IMG/VR virus record: IMGVR_UViG_3300045971_000577 | Location: 248,001 to 312,000 of that record | Direction: 5' to 3' (one strand) | DNA: 64,000 nucleotides | Made by a program: the position numbers and the translations under genes | The notes under the pieces: generated by a model | The model's input: only the letters and a program-made list of their open reading frames with translations | Told to the model about the DNA's origin: nothing | The model's database searches: none | In this document: positions 25,491 through 30,893 of the stretch, piece after piece | Position numbering within the stretch: position 1 is the first letter of the stretch | Layout of the letters: each line of letters begins with the position of its first letter

Positions 25491-25514
25491 ATATTTTATT
25501 TTATTATCATTGTT

Positions 25515-25601
25515 TGGCTCCAAAGGTAGGGATCGAACCTACGAAGGCTTGCGCCATATCCCGTTAACAGCGGGGACCGTTACCACTCCGGCCACTTTGG
25601 A
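25515..25601 (-). tRNA. tRNA-Asn(GTT) with a long variable arm
   Basis: Loop CTGTTAA; GGC-GCAA-GCC arm; U1-A72, G73. Confidence 0.85.
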
Positions 25602-25624
25602 ATTGTTCATATAATTTGCATGTC

Positions 25625-25820
25625 TTTTAATTCTTTATGCATTAGAATTGTTAATTTTTTATCTGCAGGAAATTGATTCCATTTAGCAGTATCTTTTTCT
25701 GTTTTATATCCTTTGATCTCAATAAACTCATCTGTCCCTGGCAGATAGAAATCCGGAGTGATCTCGTGCAAATCCTTGATATACTTTTTTCATGGGTACC
25801 TTTCTGTGTTAGTGGACATT
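25625..25820 (-). pseudogene. Remnant of a PD-(D/E)xK endonuclease with an in-frame TGA
   Basis: RYP*KKY...TPDFYL...FIEIKGYKTE resembles 23305-23970; ends approximate. Confidence 0.6.
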
Positions 25821-25851
25821 GCTATTGTATATGTTTGCACGTCTTTGTCAA

Positions 25852-25972
25852 TGGCGTCGCCCCAGGGAATCGAACCCCGACTGCTCCTTTATGAGTGGAT
25901 TGAATTTTGTTGCTGAACGTATCCTTTACAGGATCACTTTCGTTTAGCATGCTACCGTTACATTAAAGCGAC
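25852..25972 (-). ncRNA. tRNA(CAT)-like RNA with a ~50-nt insert containing the TTCAGCAA motif
   Basis: GTCGCTT/GGGCGAC-GCCA acceptor; D- and T-arms; CTCATAA loop after the insert. Confidence 0.6.
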
Positions 25973-25976
25973 ATGA

Positions 25977-26135
25977 TGGAGTCATCCTTCTACTATATAC
26001 GGCTATAAGACCAGTTAGAGATAATAGGAGACGACATTGATTGGTGGACCCTTAAGGTGTATAGTGTAGTGACTTCTTAATGCCCATTGATTGGCGGTCT
26101 AGAGGAAATATATCTTAGGGATCTCTATCCGGACC
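25977..26135 (-). ncRNA. Array of three CCA-terminated acceptor-stem minihelices
   Basis: 26092-26135, 26042-26085 and 25977-26035, each preceded by an ATCAAT spacer. Confidence 0.65.
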
Positions 26136-26142
26136 ATTGATT

Positions 26143-26218
26143 TGGTGGGAGTACTGGGATTCGAACCCAGACCAGTCGGATTAAGAGTCCGCTATGCAAC
26201 CTGTAACACCTCACTCCC
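26143..26218 (-). tRNA. tRNA-Lys(CTT)
   Basis: Loop CTCTTAA. Confidence 0.92.
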
Positions 26219-26468
26219 GAATATTTTGTGGTCGATACTTATAGCGACCAATAATTGCAAGACATCCGATGTTGACTGCATAATTTAGCAGCAACGGATA
26301 GTCTTTCTTAGGGATAATATAGACTGCGGTAAGAACTTCTCCAGCAAACCATAACCCTAACATCCAGGACGAAATGCCCCGGGAATGCTTTTGTTTATAG
26401 GATTGTATTGCTTGTGGTACTGCACACAAGGCAAGCATCATACTTCCTATCCAGCCAATAATTTCCAT
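26211..26468 (-). CDS. PQ-loop / SemiSWEET-like membrane protein
   Basis: IIGWIG..LALCAVPQ, SRGISS; three hydrophobic helices. Confidence 0.8.
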   Translation of the reverse strand: MEIIGWIGSMMLALCAVPQAIQSYKQKHSRGISSWMLGLWFAGEVLTAVYIIPKKDYPLLLNYAVNIGCLAIIGRYKYRPQNIRE

Positions 26469-26481
26469 AGATACCTTTCGT

Positions 26482-26556
26482 TGGCATCCTGTACGAGAGT
26501 CGAACTCGTCTCCTCTGCTTGAAGGGCAGGTCACCTCACCCGAAGTGGAACAGGAC
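26482..26556 (-). tRNA. tRNA-Glu(TTC) with C33 (a shifted register would give TCA)
   Basis: CCTGC-CCTTCAA-GCAGA. Confidence 0.65.
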
Positions 26557-26669
26557 ATAAAATACTATCTGCAGGGGAGTCGAACGCGCCACCCACTGTA
26601 CCATAGATTGGTACGATACACCAGATACCGACCAAGCGACCAATCTCGCTTATGCACGGTTGCAGAACT

Positions 26670-26747
26670 CGGTGCCTCCGAAAGGAATCGAACCTTACGT
26701 CTGCCGATTATCAGTCGGATGCTCTAAAACCATTGAGCTACAGAGGC
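26670..26747 (-). tRNA. tRNA-Ile(GAT)
   Basis: Loop CTGATAA; ends ACCG. Confidence 0.9.
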
Positions 26748-26766
26748 AATATATCAAAACTTTGTG

Positions 26767-26842
26767 TCTGGGATGCAGGATTCGAACCTGCGACCTCTCA
26801 CTTCCAAGGCGAGCCGTCTGACCTGACTGACAATAATCCCAG
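26767..26842 (-). tRNA. tRNA-Pro(TGG), CCA not encoded
   Basis: Loop CTTGGAA. Confidence 0.85.
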
Positions 26843-26912
26843 ACACAAAATTCGTCAACACTGTTCATCTCCAAAGGTGGGATGATACCATTTCATTATA
26901 CCCAGAATGTTA

Positions 26913-26986
26913 TGGTGCCCCAAGACAGAATCGAACTGCCGTTTTCTCCTTACAAGAGAGTTGTCCTACCACTAAACGATAAGGGC
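26913..26986 (-). tRNA. tRNA-Thr(TGT)
   Basis: Loop CTTGTAA by standard numbering. Confidence 0.75.
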
Positions 26987-27044
26987 AATAATAAATCAGT
27001 GTTCTTATTTTTCAATTAACAGTTGCAGAATAGATAAATATGTA

Positions 27045-27566
27045 ATGTTTAAACCTACCTGGCTATATGTAAAACAACACTCAAATACAAAATTATTGTA
27101 TTTTGGTAAAACCGTATCTAATCCTAACAAATATACCGGATCCGGTAAGGTATGGAAAAGACATTTAAAAATACATGGTAAAGAATATGTCCAAACTATA
27201 TGGTCAAAATTATTTACATCTAAAGATGAACTAAGTAATTTTGCAATAGCATTTTCCGAAATATTCGATATAGTTGAATCACCTATGTGGGCAAATCTTA
27301 TACCAGAGAATGGCATAGATGGCGGTGCACCAGGCAGAATTCAATCAATAGAAACAAAAAATAAAATAAGAAATTCTATCAACAATAGACCCAATTTTAA
27401 TCATCTAAAAGGTATTCCAAAATCGGATTCATTTAAAACAAATCACTCATTGTTAATGAAAAATAGGCCACAACTGCGATGCTGTTGTATATTATGCAGA
27501 CATGATATTTGCATAAACAAATTAGATGCACACCAAAACGGTAAACATTGTCTTACAAAAAATTAA
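27045..27566 (+). CDS. GIY-YIG-like homing endonuclease, antisense to the tRNA array
   Basis: PTWLYVKQH...LYFGKT...YTGSGKVW; GATAAATA upstream. Confidence 0.85.
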   Translation: MFKPTWLYVKQHSNTKLLYFGKTVSNPNKYTGSGKVWKRHLKIHGKEYVQTIWSKLFTSKDELSNFAIAFSEIFDIVESPMWANLIPENGIDGGAPGRIQSIETKNKIRNSINNRPNFNHLKGIPKSDSFKTNHSLLMKNRPQLRCCCILCRHDICINKLDAHQNGKHCLTKN

Positions 27567-27568
27567 AC

Positions 27569-27622
27569 AGGTTGCTTATTTTTACATTAACAGTGTAATT
27601 TTTAATTTGCAGAACGCAACCT
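27569..27622 (-). ncRNA. Anticodon-stem-loop-like element, copy 3 (GTT loop)
   Basis: AGGTTGC/GCAACCT stem, GTTCTGCAA motif, TTACA-CTGTTAA-TGTAA. Confidence 0.6.
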
Positions 27623-27631
27623 TTAGAAACT

Positions 27632-27707
27632 TGGCGACGCAGACGGGACTCAAACCCGTGTCGACCTCCTAGACAGGGAGGTGCATAATTCGCTATGCTA
27701 CTGCGCC
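27632..27707 (-). tRNA. tRNA-Asp(GTC)
   Basis: Loop CTGTCTA; GCCA. Confidence 0.9.
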
Positions 27708-27773
27708 ATAATTGAATGATAATGTATTCCGCTGCTTGAACTACCAATGCAACATCGCAACACTATCAAAACT

Positions 27774-27847
27774 TGGTGGACCCACGGAGAATCGAACTCC
27801 GATCAACGACGTGCAAGGCCGCTGTAATCCCATTATACTATGGGCCC
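27774..27847 (-). tRNA. tRNA-Ala(TGC)
   Basis: Loop CTTGCAC; G3:U70. Confidence 0.92.
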
Positions 27848-28003
27848 AATAATTGGTGTCGACCTCAGGAATTCTAGTCGACGTGTGCAGCATTACTAAA
27901 ATAGCCACTATCCAAGAACTCCGTGAAAGGGAGGAGGTAGTATCTGCATGATGTAGTTGGAGAACTTCCATCTCCGCCCTCCTGCTTCCGCGGGGGCTTA
28001 TTC

Positions 28004-28321
28004 TTACAAAGAATCGTGCTTATCTATTAAACTATTTCTTATAAACAAAAGTTTATCTAAATATGTACGAGTCTCTTCATCATCGTTACTCATATTATTA
28101 CAAAAATTATAGAAACTATCTATTTCATCAAGTTCAATACATATTATCGACACTAACGATTTGCGACTTCCTATGCCTGTTTTTATAAAATTATCTATCA
28201 TTTCTGTTGTCTCGGCATATGATTTTTCTATATCGCTTAATCGTGTTTCGACCGAGCGATTATGTTTATCTTTCATGATATGAGAGTTCCTATCTTCATT
28301 ATCGAACTCAGATAGTCTCAT
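28004..28321 (-). CDS. Hypothetical protein
   Basis: ORF track. Confidence 0.65.
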   Translation of the reverse strand: MRLSEFDNEDRNSHIMKDKHNRSVETRLSDIEKSYAETTEMIDNFIKTGIGSRKSLVSIICIELDEIDSFYNFCNNMSNDDEETRTYLDKLLFIRNSLIDKHDSL

Positions 28322-28560
28322 AATATAACTCCAGTGGATTTATATAACTCTAATTTTATCTCATATATTTTCGAAATAGCTGATAATACTTCTTTTTTTT
28401 GATGAAATTCTATAAGCTTTTTTGTAAATTCATTAGTTTCATCCCTGTGATTTCCGAGTATATCGTCAATTTCTTTAGAATATTCTCTCATTAACTTCTG
28501 TTCATTGTAGAACGGTAACGCTGAATTGAGCGGTCTATCAGGTAATGGTGGATAAATCAT
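28318..28560 (-). CDS. Hypothetical protein
   Basis: ORF track; GGAG RBS. Confidence 0.65.
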   Translation of the reverse strand: MIYPPLPDRPLNSALPFYNEQKLMREYSKEIDDILGNHRDETNEFTKKLIEFHQKKEVLSAISKIYEIKLELYKSTGVIL

Positions 28561-28725
28561 AAAATACTCCTAGCATAATAGCAGTATTTATCTAATAAAT
28601 TCGAGACTACCGTACGATAGTTGCGTCTCGAAAGAGCAAGTCTTACACCATACTTCACGGCAATCTAAGGCTGGTTCACCAGCATCCGCTACTTGGGACT
28701 CTAACCCTTCGTCTATCCCGAAACT

Positions 28726-28808
28726 TGGTGGATCATTGCGGACTTGAACCGCAACATGAAGAGGCTCGCCGGGCGATAACGTTCATGCCATGCCGATCAA
28801 CATGACCC
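28726..28808 (-). ncRNA. Ala-identity tRNA-like RNA lacking an anticodon loop
   Basis: GGGTCAT/ATGATCC-ACCA (G3:U70); T-arm TGCGG-TTCAAGT-CCGCA; CATGAA/TTCATG arm. Confidence 0.65.
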
Positions 28809-28815
28809 ATATTTT

Positions 28816-28889
28816 TGGTGCACGGAGGTGGGTTCGCTCACCCTTTCGCCGGGTTTTAGCCGGTACCATCACTAATCTGGCTCTCGTGC
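28816..28889 (-). tRNA. Atypical tRNA with AAA anticodon (Phe-like)
   Basis: CCGG-CTAAAAC-CCGG; degenerate T-loop; ACCA. Confidence 0.55.
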
Positions 28890-28896
28890 GTTGATT

Positions 28897-28970
28897 TGGT
28901 GGACCGCCGGGGAATCGAACCCCGATCTGTGACGTGCAAGGCCAATATAATCCCATTATACTAGCGGCCC
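28897..28970 (-). tRNA. tRNA-Ala(TGC)
   Basis: Loop CTTGCAC; G3:U70. Confidence 0.9.
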
Positions 28971-28975
28971 ATATT

Positions 28976-29062
28976 TGGTGATGACTATAGGATTCGAACC
29001 TATTCAGGCATAAGCCAACAGGGTTACAGCCTGTCACCGCTCTCCAACTCGATCGCGTCACC
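28976..29062 (-). tRNA. tRNA-Tyr(GTA)
   Basis: Loop CTGTAAC; long variable arm. Confidence 0.92.
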
Positions 29063-29071
29063 AAAAATTCT

Positions 29072-29348
29072 TGTAAGCACTGTCTGCGGCGTTTCAGCCC
29101 ATCTCAGATCAATGCTTATAGTAAAATACACAAGAATATTCACTGTAGGGCGAATAATGACCGCCGTGCCCTACACCTACGCGAACTTGTATACTTTACT
29201 ATCCGGTTTTTACCACTCGCGTTATCGCCACGAGCTTCTCATCCCCGAACACGCCCTCTTTCTCCACATGTTTTTATACAGTGCGCGGACCGGGCTGCGT
29301 TCCCGGAATACTTCACACTGCCCGTAATACGCCGAAGCTTAACACGGG
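29072..29348 (-). ncRNA. Candidate ~280-nt structured ncRNA, first product after the attenuator
   Basis: CCCGT/ACGGG, CAGTG/CACTG, CCGGG/CCCGG, GTAGGGC/GCCCTAC, TAAGCA/TGCTTA stems. Confidence 0.55.
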
Positions 29349-29351
29349 AAT

Positions 29352-29443
29352 AAAAAAAGCCGCCTAGTTTCCTGGGCGGCTTCCTTTTATAAATTTTCTG
29401 GATACTTTTTAGTTGTGTCCAGACTCCTTATAAAAGGAAGCCG
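29352..29443 (-). promoter_or_regulatory. Transcription attenuator (terminator/antiterminator)
   Basis: Terminator AAGCCGCCCAG-GAAA-CTAGGCGGCTT plus U-tract; its 5' arm is sequestered by a perfect 16-bp helix (29428-29443 with 29377-29392). Confidence 0.85.
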
Positions 29444-29585
29444 TCTTAATCGGATCTTGTTCACGGATACTATTTGTGGGTGTTGTAAACCCGACCAATG
29501 CCCAATAACCCTTACCGGCGCAGAGGCGCTCGGAGGCTAAAGCCACCTTATGCATCGCGTTCAGTTTTAGTGAGTTAGTAAACAT
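29409..29585 (-). CDS. Attenuator leader peptide (58 aa)
   Basis: ORF ends within the antiterminator loop; contains all 20 amino acids. Confidence 0.7.
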   Translation of the reverse strand: MFTNSLKLNAMHKVALASERLCAGKGYWALVGFTTPTNSIREQDPIKTASFYKESGHN

Positions 29586-29701
29586 TTGTAATTCCAAAAT
29601 CCTAAGTTAGATCAGTTCGTGTGCTGGCATCACCTGCACAAAGTTATTTATCATCTGCGTAAAAAACCCTGGTTATATAGGTTCTTTACTACCTTGCCAT
29701 A

Positions 29702-29730
29702 AGTGTATGCGTTTATAGTGAATCTGTCAA
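29702..29730 (-). promoter_or_regulatory. Sigma70-type promoter for the leader and tRNA array
   Basis: TTGACA-N17-TACACT; a late motif GATAAATA also lies near 29645. Confidence 0.65.
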
Positions 29731-29819
29731 GTCATTCAAGTTATCTTCTAAAGACAGATATATGTACTTATTTGCAATATATTTATCATCAACAAGTGTA
29801 ACAGTATACTAAATAGGTG

Positions 29820-30473
29820 TCAATCTAAACCTAAACCTTTATTCCAGGGAGTTCTACCCTTCATCGCAACTCTTATCTTTTCTTTAGTTTCAGCAGACAT
29901 CGGCTGTCTTTTACGAGCCTTTGCTGCTTCACTTATTTTTCTGCAATGCTCATTTGCTAGTTTTCTGCCTGTATTGGCTTCACTTATCTTTTTACGAGTT
30001 TCTTCAGACGAACTGCGATTATTCGCTCTCATTCTTATCTTTGTGTCTTCCGACACAATCCTGCCGGTAAGTTTTGCACTTTTCTTTTGTTTTTCTTCTT
30101 CTGAAACAAATCGACCTGTGTTGGCTAAACTTATTTTCTTTCGAGATTCTGCCGAAAAAGCATGTCCTGGGCGCCCCTTGTCACTACCACCATCTATCCC
30201 ATTCTCAACTATCAGATTTGCCCATCTATCAGATTTTACAATATCAAACAAACTCGAAAACAACTCTGCAAATTCTATCAAATCATCACGATCGGTAAAT
30301 AACTCGCACCAAATAGTGTCTATATATGTTCCGTGCATTGCTAAATGGCTTTTCCAATACTTACCCGAACCATTATACCCGTCCAGGTTTGTCAACATCG
30401 ATTTACCAAAATATAACAAGCCGGTAACGCGATGCTTCTTTACATATAGCCAAGTTGGTCTAAACTCTCTCAT
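29820..30473 (-). CDS. GIY-YIG-like homing endonuclease with NUMOD3 repeats
   Basis: PTWLYVKKH...LYFGKS...YNGSGKYW; paralogue of 27045-27566. Confidence 0.88.
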   Translation of the reverse strand: MREFRPTWLYVKKHRVTGLLYFGKSMLTNLDGYNGSGKYWKSHLAMHGTYIDTIWCELFTDRDDLIEFAELFSSLFDIVKSDRWANLIVENGIDGGSDKGRPGHAFSAESRKKISLANTGRFVSEEEKQKKSAKLTGRIVSEDTKIRMRANNRSSSEETRKKISEANTGRKLANEHCRKISEAAKARKRQPMSAETKEKIRVAMKGRTPWNKGLGLD

Positions 30474-30614
30474 GTCACTAATGTAGCATCTTGCTTAGTG
30501 TGTGTCAACCTTCAAAATGCTGTAGTGATCGGTCAGTGACACTGACCTCTCCTATATATAGCTATGCAAGTCACGTGCATCAGCAGTAAATGTAACATCG
30601 TTTTAGTTAGGTGT

Positions 30615-30830
30615 CAACCCTCGGATAACGGGAAGCTTTCTAAGGGGTTCGCGTCCTACTACCCATCACCATAAAACAAGAGGTTCATCACCACATGCGC
30701 CGGGTGGCGGCTCTCAGAGGACGGTAACCATCTGGTTACACCTTGCTATCCATGAGATGTCCGGGGAGTGTTATAGAAAGGGACCTACTCTGTGCAAAAT
30801 TTATGCCAGTTGCAGTCCATATAACACTGT
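30615..30830 (-). ncRNA. Candidate structured RNA behind a sigma70 promoter (30843-30870)
   Basis: AGTGTTATA/TATAACACT, GTAACC/GGTTAC, CGTCCT/AGGACG; TTGACA-N16-TAAAAT upstream. Confidence 0.4.
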
Positions 30831-30893
30831 GATCTTGCCGCTATTTTATATTAGCGGCATTGTTTGTCAACCTATCGGTGCCGAATGAAATCC

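Noticed and set aside
25620-25670. Apparent extra anticodon-mimic hairpin
   Set aside because: It falls in the tail of the nuclease remnant and lacks the covarying outer stem and motif.
1109-29062. Theta (HDV-like) ribozymes trailing tRNAs
   Set aside because: Most tRNAs encode CCA, and I saw no nested double-pseudoknot pattern starting at their 3' ends. A motif search would be needed to exclude them fully.
29072-29348. RNase P RNA
   Set aside because: The conserved GAGGAAAGUCC and terminal P4-strand motifs were not found.
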